Positions 38,301 to 47,858 of a DNA stretch of 49,740 nucleotides are shown piece by piece. The position numbers and the translations under genes were made by a program. Within the stretch, counting starts at the first letter, position 1, and each line of letters begins with the position of its first letter. Under the pieces are notes generated by a model. That model was not told the origin of the DNA. It saw only the letters and a program-made list of their open reading frames with translations, and made no database searches. The stretch spans positions 1 to 49,740 of the forward strand of contig JAGYOA010000001.1 in assembly GCA_018399355.1 (NCBI GenBank), written 5' to 3'. Source of the DNA: Candidatus Woesearchaeota archaeon. GTDB lineage: Archaea; Nanobdellota; Nanobdellia; Woesearchaeales; CG1-02-33-12.

Positions 38301-38419
38301 AGGAAGCTTTAAAGCCAGTAGATGATTTAAATATGAAGTTGGGCCAACAGCAAGAAAGATCAAACCAAGAAAACACAACAGACCAAGAAGACAACCAAGA
38401 CGAAGGTGAAAATGAATAA
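35339..38419 (+). CDS. Large secreted protein with tandem Ig-like domains and a Cys-rich helical C-terminal domain
   Basis: Signal peptide (VFA); DxxxP and DxVGN Ig-type repeats; CKYISC and GCLPGI motifs. Confidence 0.8.
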   Translation: MIKKISAIFAIMLILMLPIYSANVFASINNVRVFGNDQLEGYRREDDLTYVLADVSISGDDAINPEQVFFNNQEFSNCMASGDYFTCVLGLNKNKIEPKTHSFTINLKDKSGKTVDTYTSTYVVDAKAPLITSFIVLPKVTKKGNLTVEYNIRDYSYESNPGSGIKKIVICKDDLANIVKEIEINGTSSLDARKLSFKTSDFIESTGSADVCIIAYDMLGQASEMKCEKLTVDEKSPEIKTDAFQITDSSGNEIDYISTNPVSAIVAVEIEDESLAKVTADLSELNSQASYKNMEAECINNDNLYECAWPVTIKLSDSGKVSIKITAEDAVGNNAEKTVSHTFKFDKTGPVVKSISNIIEEGEIKYLGKNNNLVLEIEEKDSGLNLENVWIRIGSSNIKTDECVQEGSSWNCYFNDVSVNSADGSSVVVSVSPDSKDDVGNKFDLSKGISSETFVMDSNAPLLIGEIEITKIGNHSYSDMYETDEFASGDKLNIKATLNEKSKLTAKADLSAIGFGKAEQGSCSQQENNWVCEWNIGPIASGPIKGNLNFEFTDIVGNTAEKTVPINVLGVYDEEKPDFWYVEKIEKMPKAIDRQTTELITHKQYVHVSLKPIYDRCGTSILAMDLECTGDTGYIENYELINENSEDPYIVVTLSQQEMPENSLSLNCNLLIISKICGDTIAANVEEEPVKFTVDFYNMPLGEVSDNVKNKIKEAQDSWLVQQEWIGELEKWITYAEKICGLFGTWNKVNQALANVEALLEVIKVPGISDAIKNSFKETTKKSVDAYKKYYFNQDTGEEGIGFKVCKYISCDQGLWGDWYNEIISEHSKPLGESGFTATIWPSSPKDSLVLSLATGCLPGIVHNMQKRRQVECYYVLCLKNAAVEGVSLYVCDEQKAYLECMFIYGEIFQIIPFAGFFKGLVSNVQTIFADPIGMIFAGINFYCDMQPAGALHAGCVIAHLVPTLAEITEDIAGFVDTESWQVGDVCEEALKPVDDLNMKLGQQQERSNQENTTDQEDNQDEGENE

Positions 38420-40202
38420 AACTAAACTTGCAATCACATTGATTTTGTTTATGCTTGTAGTTTCAGTTAGTGTTATGGCTGATGAATGGCCAAAGGTAGA
38501 AAAAATAAGTGATGGAAATTTCAAAATAACATACGAAAATGGAGTATATTATGAAATTAGTAATAATGATTATGGTTACTTAGTTGATGATATAATAATT
38601 AAGTTAAGTAAAATAAAACCAGACGAAGAGTCGCCATCAATCACACAACAGAGAGGTGTTTATTTTGTAATATGGACGGAAGGAGGAATATTTAAAAAAG
38701 AGAGTATTCCTCTGACTAATGTAGATCCTGAAACTTTAATTAATTTTAATATGGAACAAGCAGATGTACCACAAGAAGAAGAACACCAAACCGAAGAAGA
38801 AATTAATGAAAATGCTGGAACATCAACAGAAGAAGAAGAACACCAAACCGAAGAAGAAATTAATGAAAATGCTGGAACATCAACAGAAGAAGGAGAAACC
38901 CCTAATGAAATAGAAAACGATTTGGCAGGTATAATAAACAAAGATTCTTATAATTTTATAACAGGAACTCTTAAGGTTAATAAAGAAGATATTTTAATAG
39001 ATGAAGAGAAAAGAATATTACGTTTTAAAGTTGACCCACAAAAAGCTGATCCAAACTCAGATGAGCAAGATTATGAGGTAACTATAAAAACTGATGAAAA
39101 TGGGGGAGTAATCGAAAAGAATTATATAAAAGAGTTAGAGGATGGAGGAATTAAGGTTAGTACATATAAGGCTGGTGAGAAGAATCCTGATACTATAATA
39201 TTTAATAAAGATGGATCAATAAGTAAAGATACACTTCCAATAGAACCACTCCCCAATACTGTAGTAAGTGAAGAAATGGAAGAGCAAATGAATAGGTTAA
39301 ATTCAGAAAGATTACAGGCATATCAAGCTATACAGAAAACATCTTTTATTAATGAATTGAATAGATTGGTAGAAAAATACAAGGAAGGCGGAAAAGAAGC
39401 ATTTTCAGAGGATGAAGAAGAACTACTATTCTTGAAGAATGCAAAAAACATAGCAAAAAATAAGTATGGTATAGATGAGAATGACCTTACCTACGAGCAA
39501 AAAGTGATAATAGAACATGCATCTCAGACATATGCTGATATATTTTATGATTCTGTCAGGGCCGCTCGTGGAGGAATAGCTCTCTCCAACTTATTAAACA
39601 GCTGGCTGGACTGGGATTTTATGATGGGCTGGAGAAAGAAAAGTGATGAATTCTTTTCACAGACAGTTATTGGAAGGGTAATAAGCGGAAGATGGGAGGA
39701 AAGCTTATGCCATAAGCATATTGACAGGATTCCAAACAATGTTGCTGTTGTGAATGTTAATGGTGTTATGGGATTTGCATCTCATATTGAAGGAGAAAGA
39801 AGCGAATCAATAGCAACAAATAATCAAACAATATACTTTTACAAGATAACCTTCGCTGTAAATCCGCAAATAGACAAAGAAATAAAATTTGAAATATTAA
39901 TTGATGGCAAGAAAGCAGACCTTGATAATGATGGAAAAGCAGATACAATAACTCTTAAGCCAGGAGAAAGCTATAGCGGGACAGGAGAAAATGCAATAGT
40001 CCGTTATAAAGATAAGATTTACAAGAAAGTATGTATTAAGTTTTATAACACAGAAAATTTAAACAAGGAATTCACAAGCTCTCTAAAAGACAACAAACTA
40101 TGTAACACAATTGTTGAAACATATGTAGCTCCAGGAAGCATATCAAAGCCAGCAGAAACAGCAGCTGGTTCTGGAACAGCATCATCATCAGATGCGTGGT
40201 AA
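38412..40202 (+). CDS. Secreted protein with an acidic repeat; C-terminus resembles a segment of 42977..47017
   Basis: SD AGGTGA and ATG at 38412; signal peptide (VMA); YFYKITFAV..LKPGESY..YKKVCIKF. Confidence 0.78.
   Translation: MNKTKLAITLILFMLVVSVSVMADEWPKVEKISDGNFKITYENGVYYEISNNDYGYLVDDIIIKLSKIKPDEESPSITQQRGVYFVIWTEGGIFKKESIPLTNVDPETLINFNMEQADVPQEEEHQTEEEINENAGTSTEEEEHQTEEEINENAGTSTEEGETPNEIENDLAGIINKDSYNFITGTLKVNKEDILIDEEKRILRFKVDPQKADPNSDEQDYEVTIKTDENGGVIEKNYIKELEDGGIKVSTYKAGEKNPDTIIFNKDGSISKDTLPIEPLPNTVVSEEMEEQMNRLNSERLQAYQAIQKTSFINELNRLVEKYKEGGKEAFSEDEEELLFLKNAKNIAKNKYGIDENDLTYEQKVIIEHASQTYADIFYDSVRAARGGIALSNLLNSWLDWDFMMGWRKKSDEFFSQTVIGRVISGRWEESLCHKHIDRIPNNVAVVNVNGVMGFASHIEGERSESIATNNQTIYFYKITFAVNPQIDKEIKFEILIDGKKADLDNDGKADTITLKPGESYSGTGENAIVRYKDKIYKKVCIKFYNTENLNKEFTSSLKDNKLCNTIVETYVAPGSISKPAETAAGSGTASSSDAW
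38773..38892 (+). repeat. Perfect 57-bp in-frame tandem repeat (about 2.1 copies)
   Basis: Encodes EEEHQTEEEINENAGTSTE twice; the copies are nucleotide-identical. Confidence 0.95.
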
Positions 40203-40203
40203 A

Positions 40204-41034
40204 ATGGATTATATAAAACAAAACATAAAATTATTGATGGAAAGCTTTAAGCTAAACAAAAAAACATGGAGCATAACTGCTGCCTATGACTTAGTTTTAA
40301 TTTTAATATCATATATCCTGCTGTTTTTATGGTCTTTATGGATGACATCATTTCTTTCAAAAATAAACCTTGATGTTTCTGCATTAACAGAAGAAACAAT
40401 AAGAGATGTTGCTTCATTAAAAAGTTTCTACTACGGAACCATAATCTCTTTATTTGTTCTTGCAATATTTCTCTTTTTTATCTGGTGTTTTTTTAAGGGA
40501 ATATTATGGTCTGTTATATTAAACAAGCATTTTGATTTGAAATACTACAGCAGGTTTATTTTGCTTAACCTGACCTGCATTCCTTTGTTTATTATTCTAT
40601 TTTTTATTTTTCTGCTTATTACCCAAATAATAAACTATTTGATTTTTTTAACACCTGCATTGATGCAAAATAACTTAATAGCAGTTTTAATTACTTCACT
40701 GATATTTTTCATTGTATTTATGCCTATTATAGTTTACATGATGATACTGCCTTCATTGGTTTATTATTATTTTACAAAAAAGAATGATATGGTCTTCTCT
40801 TTCAGCAAAATGTTTGATATAGCAGTAAGGAAAATCCATCTCTTCTATGTTCCATGTCTTCTGATAACCTTTGTTTTTGTATTGATCTCAATTATAACAA
40901 TCCCATTAAGAGTTCTTCCTGAATCAATAATTTTCCTGGTTTTTCTTTTGATATTTATTTTCTACATTGCATGGGCAAGAATGTATATAATCTCTTTTAC
41001 TGAATCATTCAGCAAAAATCACCACAAGATTTAA
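40204..41034 (+). CDS. Polytopic membrane protein, copy A
   Basis: About 6 hydrophobic helices; similar to 46986..47807. Probable start MDYIK, right after the upstream stop. Confidence 0.8.
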   Translation: MDYIKQNIKLLMESFKLNKKTWSITAAYDLVLILISYILLFLWSLWMTSFLSKINLDVSALTEETIRDVASLKSFYYGTIISLFVLAIFLFFIWCFFKGILWSVILNKHFDLKYYSRFILLNLTCIPLFIILFFIFLLITQIINYLIFLTPALMQNNLIAVLITSLIFFIVFMPIIVYMMILPSLVYYYFTKKNDMVFSFSKMFDIAVRKIHLFYVPCLLITFVFVLISIITIPLRVLPESIIFLVFLLIFIFYIAWARMYIISFTESFSKNHHKI

Positions 41035-41070
41035 ATATATATTATAATAGGTTATTTTTAAGTGGATATC

Positions 41071-42972
41071 ATGAAAAAAAGAGGTCAGGTAACTGTATTT
41101 ATTATACTAGGAATTTTCATTCTTATCGGGATAATACTATTTTTTTATCTTAGGTTAAATACATCTATTTTCACTCCTGATGTTGTTGTTCCTCAGCAGG
41201 TTGCCCCTCTTAAAAGGTATGTTGAAAGCTGCGCGTATGAGATAGGCAAGGAAGCAATAATAACAATTGGAATACAGTCAGGATATGTTGAAATTCCAGA
41301 GCAGATATCAATGGACCCTGATGCATATATTCTTGTTGGAGGCCCAATAAAAACCCCTTACTGGCATCTTCATGGAGAAGACATCTCTCCTACCATAACA
41401 GATATTCAGGAACAGATATCTGATCATGTATCTAAAAATCTAAAGCAGTGCCTGAAAAACTTTTCTGATTTTGATGAATTTGTAATAGAAGAAAAAGATG
41501 AACTTACTGTGAAAACAACAATTGCAGAAGAAGAAGTAGTGATAAATCTGGATTATCCTTTGATAATAAAAAACAGAAAAGGAGACAAGATAACAGAATG
41601 GTCTTTGTACACAAGCTCTGTTCCTGTAAGGCTAAGAAAGATATACAGGCTTGCAAAAAACCTCATGAATGCGGAAAATAATGATATGTTTTTTGAGAGA
41701 AAAACAATAGACCTTATGGCCCTTGACCCAGAGATACCTTTCACTGATATGGAGTTTTCATGTTCTAACCTTGAATGGAGCAAAACAGAAGTTAAAAACA
41801 GTGTCCAGGAATTATTGTATTATAATCTTCCAAAGATAAGAATTGACAGGACAGACTATATACCCTTCCTTCATCCTGATCCAGTATACAGAGAATTTCA
41901 AAAAATAGATATTGAAAATGATGAAATTCCAGATAATATCCCTGAAGATATATATGAATACAACCAGTTTTTCTGGAAGCCTTTAACTGAGGGTTTCAAT
42001 GATATGAAAGTGGGTGTAAGATATATGAAGGACTGGGGAATGCATTTTGAGGCAAGTCCAAGCGACGGTGATTTGATGAGCTCAAATATGGTTGAGGGAT
42101 CTTCAGAATACTTAAGCATGCTCTGCATAAATATTTATCATTTCACTTATGATATAATTTATCCTGTTGAAATAGCAATAAGGGATGAAAAATCATTTAA
42201 TGGAGGGGGTTATGTTTTCAGATATGCTTTTCCTGTTTTAATAAAGCAAAACAGCCCAGACAGGTCTGATTTCAAGGTTAGTTCTATTGATGCATACACA
42301 GATGCAGGGTTCTGCAGTGAAATTACTGAAGATGAATATGTAATACAGGCGAGAAACTCAAGAACCCAGGAAGAGATTGACAATGTAAGTATCGTATTTG
42401 AGTGCGTAAAATATAAATGCAGTCTTGGATTTACAGAATCAGATGCAAACTCATACCGCCTTAAGACAGCTATACCTTCTTCCTGCACAAATGGAATAGT
42501 AAAAGCAAGCAAAGAAGGATATTTAACTGATGAAAAATATGTAACAAGCAGAAATGTATTGCTTGAGATGGATCCTTTAAAAAACTTTGATTTCAAGGTT
42601 ATGAAGGTTGATAAATCAGGACAAAAAACAGAACTTGCCAATGATGAAACAGCTGCAATATACATAAAATCAGCTGAAAAAGATTATAATGTTTTTGCAG
42701 TATATCCTAAACAAGAAGATATGGAATACATAGAGCTAATTGATAACAAGGCAAATTACCAACTTGAAATTTTCCTTATGAATGGCGATGATTTAACAGG
42801 AGGCTACAATGCAGAATGGAATGTTAGCTATTCTGATATTAATGGAAAAAGAAAGATTTTGTTTTATGTTTATGATATTGGAAAAGCAGAAACAAATGAT
42901 AAAAAAATAGAGATGGTTAGCTTCCTTAATGAAAACAAGAATAATGAAGATCTAATACCCAAGTTTAACTAA
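41071..42972 (+). CDS. Giant class III signal peptide (pilin-like) surface protein, copy B
   Basis: MKKRG|QVTVFIILG plus TM. Paralogue of 33216..35342. Confidence 0.8.
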   Translation: MKKRGQVTVFIILGIFILIGIILFFYLRLNTSIFTPDVVVPQQVAPLKRYVESCAYEIGKEAIITIGIQSGYVEIPEQISMDPDAYILVGGPIKTPYWHLHGEDISPTITDIQEQISDHVSKNLKQCLKNFSDFDEFVIEEKDELTVKTTIAEEEVVINLDYPLIIKNRKGDKITEWSLYTSSVPVRLRKIYRLAKNLMNAENNDMFFERKTIDLMALDPEIPFTDMEFSCSNLEWSKTEVKNSVQELLYYNLPKIRIDRTDYIPFLHPDPVYREFQKIDIENDEIPDNIPEDIYEYNQFFWKPLTEGFNDMKVGVRYMKDWGMHFEASPSDGDLMSSNMVEGSSEYLSMLCINIYHFTYDIIYPVEIAIRDEKSFNGGGYVFRYAFPVLIKQNSPDRSDFKVSSIDAYTDAGFCSEITEDEYVIQARNSRTQEEIDNVSIVFECVKYKCSLGFTESDANSYRLKTAIPSSCTNGIVKASKEGYLTDEKYVTSRNVLLEMDPLKNFDFKVMKVDKSGQKTELANDETAAIYIKSAEKDYNVFAVYPKQEDMEYIELIDNKANYQLEIFLMNGDDLTGGYNAEWNVSYSDINGKRKILFYVYDIGKAETNDKKIEMVSFLNENKNNEDLIPKFN

Positions 42973-42976
42973 GAAA

Positions 42977-45900
42977 ATGGAAAAAACAAAAATATCAGCA
43001 CTATTCATGATAATGCTAATTTTAATTATACCTTTTTACACATCCTCTGTTTTTGCCCAGGATGAAACAGTTGTTGATAACACTCCACCTTCAATAAATA
43101 TAAAAAATCCTCCTAGTGAAGTAACAGAGCCATTTTTGGATATAGAGGGAACAACGAATGAGCCAGTTATAATTGAAACAACAATAAACTCTAACTTGTA
43201 TAGCACATTAAGTTCAAACCAGGACAACACATTTAAAATACCAATAACCCTGAATGAAGGAAAGAATATAATTGAAATTAAGGTAACTGATGCAGGAGAA
43301 AATTTTGTTGTTAAAGAATTTGAGATTTATTGCGATTCCCAACATCCCCAAATAATGTACAATAACATACATGAGCTTAGTCCCTCATATGTTTCAAAAA
43401 GAACTGTAAGGGGAACAGTAAACAAGCCAGAAATTGATATTGAGGTTTATGTAGGAGATAAAAAATATTCTGGAAAATCTGATTCCCAGGAAACTTCAGA
43501 AGGAATGTATGGTTTTGAAGTGGATATATCTCTTGAAAGAACTCTTAATATTGATGGAACCGGAACAGTAACAACACAGGAGGATAATGTATGGCAAAAT
43601 CCAGTAAAGATAGTTGCAATAGACAACTATGGAAGAAATTCAACTGCGGAAGGAACAATAATTTATACGTTATGCGGATATGGGCATGATTGGGATGTAA
43701 GAACAACAAAAGTTACTCCTGAAGTTATAATACCTGAGCACCTTATAATGGGAATTGCCCAGTTCAGTTTCTCAGCAAATTTAAGCTATTTAGGCAATGC
43801 TGAATCAAATAAGGTTATTATAACAAGCCCTCCCCAGATCACAAGATATGACTTAAGTCAAGCAGATATGGAAGATGAAAAAGGGATTATTTTCAAGGAA
43901 AAATACTATCAGGAACTTTTCAACAGTGCAACGCCTTTCTGCAATGAAGATAATGACGTTTGCTATTTTGTTGTTAATCTTAATTCCTGGCCTTACACAA
44001 GAGAAGAGCTTCAGAATGTTACATTCATAAAGATACCATTAAGGATGGATATATACTATGAGTATGAGGATATCAACGGTAATATAATTGACAACAGCCA
44101 GAGAAACTGCTGGGATATAGAAATAATGGTTGACAAGGAGATTCCTCTTGATAAGATACCTAAAAATCTGCTTAACAAATCAATTAACTTTCTTAACAAA
44201 AGCATTGATTTAATTGATACAATAAGAAAACCTATTGAAACTGTCAAAAAATATACTTTTGTTGCTTGTATTGGCTCATGGGCAGTTCATTTCTTTAAGT
44301 CAATAAGTGTTGAGTTTTCATGTGTTGGAGTAAAAGGAGATGCAATCCCTGCATTGATAAGAGGAGAGGAAACATGTACCACACAAAATATGGATGATGA
44401 AGGAAATTTACTTGACTGTGATGCGTGCCTTCAAAATCTTAAAGAGTTAAGGGAAATTGAAAAAACAAGAAACTGGATATGTGACAGAATATTCTGCCCT
44501 AGTGTACCGACTCTTGACTACCACAAGCAAACGTATGAAGACAGTGTGACAAAGGTAAACCTTTGCAAAGGAGTAGAGGGAATGGAAGGAATACTTGACG
44601 AAGAAGACTGTGAAGAAGAATACAAAAGAGCATGGGATTCTGCATTTTTAATGCTTGATGAGTGGGAAAGGGCCACAGCAGAAGAAAATGAAACAACAGA
44701 AGGCTTTTTTGATATGATTTCAGAAGGTTTGCAGTTCTGCAAAAGAGCAAACGAGCAGACAACGCAGGCCATAACAGTAGGCTCAGGAAGCAAGCAGGAA
44801 ATTTATATAATAACAGAAAAGGGAGATATAATCATGGCCTCAGAATGGGCAAAGTTAGAAGATGTTAAAGAGGAAAAACAGGGTGTTGAAGTACAAGAAG
44901 GCCAAGAACAAATATACTATACTTATGACACAGGACAACCATTAAAAGTAGATGAAAAGGGTTATTTCATTTATAACGGATCTCCAAATAATTTTTATCA
45001 GAATAATAAAGAGGATCATATCTATGTTTGCCCTGATGATAACTTTTGTAATGATGGTAATAAAGATATTACAATGATTAGTGGAAAAGAACTTTACATC
45101 AATGAAAAAGGAGAAATCCAAATTTGGGAAGATGGCACTGATGAAAAGTATGAATCTTCCAAAATTAAAGATAACAATTATAACACTCTTTATAAAGATA
45201 ATAAAGGTAACATAAATATTTATAGTGAAAACACAAGAGAAAGTGATATAAAAAGGCTTCCTCCTATTGTACAGTCAGCAAGAGGCATAGAAGGAGAAAA
45301 CAACTACATTCTTGACCCGACTTCTGACATTATAAGAAGTGTACAGGCCGTATGCCTGCCTGCTGTTTCAGGATGGCTTAACTTATGGAAACAGATACTT
45401 ACTGCAGTAAAGCAGTGCTTTGAATCAATAATGATAACTGGCCAGGGAAGCACAGGGGTTTGCAAGGCAGTATTAACAACATATGTATGTGATATAATCT
45501 ATGATGCAATAAGGTGCACAACAGACTCTTTTGCATTGGGCGCAGGCCAGAAAGCAACAGGAGGACTAGTTGGTTTTGCCCAAAAAATATCAACTGCATC
45601 AAAAGGGGTTTCTGATTCAGTCTCGTCAAGATACGGCCAGACAGGAATGTTTGATGTCATGTTCAACCAAAGAAAACTCATACACTCAAGCTGCTTGTGG
45701 GCATTTACAGGAGACTGGGGGCAGTTTGACCTTGACACTATGTTAAGCGCTGAAGTCGGAATGCCCAACCTTGGAAGCCAGGGACTGCTTTACCCCACTA
45801 CAAGAAGGTTTATTGGATCTAATCCATTAGAATACGGCAGAACAACTTATGTATATCATATCGGCGCTGGAATAATAGCTGGCTCAGACCTTAACTACAA

Positions 45901-47017
45901 AGTTTATCTTAAATGCTCGAATGATAACTCTTGTTTAGAAGGAAGATGTGACTGTTTTTACAAAGGACAGGAAGAGATTTACAGCGTCAATGCAGGAAGC
46001 TTAAAGGCAGGAGAAATATATAATCAGGAATATTATGTGCAGCAGCCAGATCATTCAATAAGGTATGACAAGGCAGTTATTGAATGGAGCTGGACAGACA
46101 ATAATGGCCAAAGGCAGACAGAAACTATTGTTAAAGACCTGCAGGAAAAGGGAGAGGGCACTCCAGTGGAATGTAAGCTTGACCCGACAAGCGGGGAATT
46201 CAGATGCGCTTATATAATAGGAAAATACGGCGATGCAAGGATTGTTGATGTGCTTCCATCTAATGAAAAAAACCTTAACAGAGAGCCTTATTCAATAGGT
46301 GAAACAATTAACTTTGATATAACAGTACATGTTGAAAGCCCAGATCCATCTAATCCAATTCCAAAATATGTCAAATGGAGCCTAAGAAACAGCAAAAATA
46401 AAATGCTTTATAATGACTCATACAAAATAGAAAAAGATGGACTTTCAGAAGAAAATTTTCCCGATAAAAAGGTTGAACAATTATGCTGCGGAACTAGCCC
46501 CAAACTAATCTATTTTGAAGAATTGAGAGACCATGATAAATTAGAAGTAGAAATTATAGAAAGGCCTCCTGATTACAACCAGTTTGCAATAGTTTTTACC
46601 TCCGATGACTACCTAACCATCTATGAAATAGGGAAAAAAGAAGTAAATGAAGATGAAACAGAATGGGAACTACAAGAAGAAATCACAGAAAGGTTATACT
46701 CCTATTTTGATGAAGAACATAGAGAAATAGAATTTACTATTGAATCAAAAAAAGTTAAGTTAGAGATTAAGGGAGATCCAAAAAAAGGAAATGCTGTAGT
46801 TGTTGTAATGCAAAGAGAAGTAAAAAAGCAGGATTGCATTGAAGGCGAGGAAAATATGCACTTCAAGGTTGAGCTGCTTCATTCCAAGACTACTGAAGAC
46901 CACGAAGGAGAGTGCTGTGCAAAGAGAATAGAGACAGAGGACATAAAATTTACTATTGATTGTAATGAATATGATGAAGAGGAAAATGGAGAAGAGGAAG
47001 AAGAAAACAATAGTTAA
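42977..47017 (+). CDS. Very large secreted Ig-like/Cys-rich protein (1346 aa)
   Basis: Signal peptide (VFA); DNTPP..LNEGKNIIEIKVTDAGEN Ig domain; CDRIFC and VCLPAV motifs. Confidence 0.8.
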   Translation: MEKTKISALFMIMLILIIPFYTSSVFAQDETVVDNTPPSINIKNPPSEVTEPFLDIEGTTNEPVIIETTINSNLYSTLSSNQDNTFKIPITLNEGKNIIEIKVTDAGENFVVKEFEIYCDSQHPQIMYNNIHELSPSYVSKRTVRGTVNKPEIDIEVYVGDKKYSGKSDSQETSEGMYGFEVDISLERTLNIDGTGTVTTQEDNVWQNPVKIVAIDNYGRNSTAEGTIIYTLCGYGHDWDVRTTKVTPEVIIPEHLIMGIAQFSFSANLSYLGNAESNKVIITSPPQITRYDLSQADMEDEKGIIFKEKYYQELFNSATPFCNEDNDVCYFVVNLNSWPYTREELQNVTFIKIPLRMDIYYEYEDINGNIIDNSQRNCWDIEIMVDKEIPLDKIPKNLLNKSINFLNKSIDLIDTIRKPIETVKKYTFVACIGSWAVHFFKSISVEFSCVGVKGDAIPALIRGEETCTTQNMDDEGNLLDCDACLQNLKELREIEKTRNWICDRIFCPSVPTLDYHKQTYEDSVTKVNLCKGVEGMEGILDEEDCEEEYKRAWDSAFLMLDEWERATAEENETTEGFFDMISEGLQFCKRANEQTTQAITVGSGSKQEIYIITEKGDIIMASEWAKLEDVKEEKQGVEVQEGQEQIYYTYDTGQPLKVDEKGYFIYNGSPNNFYQNNKEDHIYVCPDDNFCNDGNKDITMISGKELYINEKGEIQIWEDGTDEKYESSKIKDNNYNTLYKDNKGNINIYSENTRESDIKRLPPIVQSARGIEGENNYILDPTSDIIRSVQAVCLPAVSGWLNLWKQILTAVKQCFESIMITGQGSTGVCKAVLTTYVCDIIYDAIRCTTDSFALGAGQKATGGLVGFAQKISTASKGVSDSVSSRYGQTGMFDVMFNQRKLIHSSCLWAFTGDWGQFDLDTMLSAEVGMPNLGSQGLLYPTTRRFIGSNPLEYGRTTYVYHIGAGIIAGSDLNYKVYLKCSNDNSCLEGRCDCFYKGQEEIYSVNAGSLKAGEIYNQEYYVQQPDHSIRYDKAVIEWSWTDNNGQRQTETIVKDLQEKGEGTPVECKLDPTSGEFRCAYIIGKYGDARIVDVLPSNEKNLNREPYSIGETINFDITVHVESPDPSNPIPKYVKWSLRNSKNKMLYNDSYKIEKDGLSEENFPDKKVEQLCCGTSPKLIYFEELRDHDKLEVEIIERPPDYNQFAIVFTSDDYLTIYEIGKKEVNEDETEWELQEEITERLYSYFDEEHREIEFTIESKKVKLEIKGDPKKGNAVVVVMQREVKKQDCIEGEENMHFKVELLHSKTTEDHEGECCAKRIETEDIKFTIDCNEYDEEENGEEEEENNS

Positions 47018-47807
47018 TTATTTTTCTGATTCTTTTGTACTGATAAAGAAAAATCCATTATACTTTTTTATCCCTGTTTTGATTGATATTACATTTATAT
47101 TTGCATTCTTTTTTGTTTATCACTTTTTCCTTTCAAAAATAATGAATAATTTCTTTTCTCTTTTGATGATGACAGGAAACTCTCTTCAGGGAATCATTGA
47201 GGAAAGTCCTGAATCAGTATTACTTATGCACCAGATGAATTCAGCGATAACAGCTATAATATTGTGGGTTATAAGCCTCATCATCTCAAGTTATTTCATC
47301 TATTCAATATTCCAGTCAGCAAGCTGGTTTTTTGCCGGAAAGTTTGTTCATAAAAAATTAATATTAAAGCAATACATAAAAAGATTTTTTGCTGTAAACA
47401 TAGTCTGGCACATTGCTTTTGTTTTAATATCTTATTTTTATGTAAGGGCAGTTATAATGACAGATATTTTCAATATTTACTCAAACTTACAAGCTGTAAA
47501 GCCAATATCATTAATTTTTATGATAACCCTTGCTTATTTTTCATTGATATCTTATGCACTAATCACAGAAAAAGGATTCAGAAAATCAATTAAAGGATGC
47601 TTTGTCATTGGTTTCAAGAGATTCTTTAGTTTGATTTGTTTTTTTGCTGTTTTTGTATTGATATTTTTGATTATAGACCTTTTGCTTAAGGCTATTTTCT
47701 TAATAAGCGAGCCAGTCATGTTAATAATTGGCATAATCATAATATTCCCAATCATAACATATTTCAGGATTGTTTTAATTTCATTAATAAAGGATTTCTC
47801 AGGATAA
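46986..47807 (+). CDS. Polytopic membrane protein, copy B (start uncertain, 46956-46986)
   Basis: About 6 hydrophobic helices; similar to 40204..41034. Confidence 0.75.
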   Translation: MEKRKKKTIVNYFSDSFVLIKKNPLYFFIPVLIDITFIFAFFFVYHFFLSKIMNNFFSLLMMTGNSLQGIIEESPESVLLMHQMNSAITAIILWVISLIISSYFIYSIFQSASWFFAGKFVHKKLILKQYIKRFFAVNIVWHIAFVLISYFYVRAVIMTDIFNIYSNLQAVKPISLIFMITLAYFSLISYALITEKGFRKSIKGCFVIGFKRFFSLICFFAVFVLIFLIIDLLLKAIFLISEPVMLIIGIIIIFPIITYFRIVLISLIKDFSG

Positions 47808-47858
47808 AAAAAGCATAAAACAAAAGCTTTTTATATAAATGGTTTTACAAAAAAACTA

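Noticed and set aside
38773..38892. CRISPR array or DGR template/variable repeat
   Set aside because: The copies are contiguous, in-frame and identical, with no spacers, no adenine-specific mismatches, and no cas or reverse transcriptase gene in the window.
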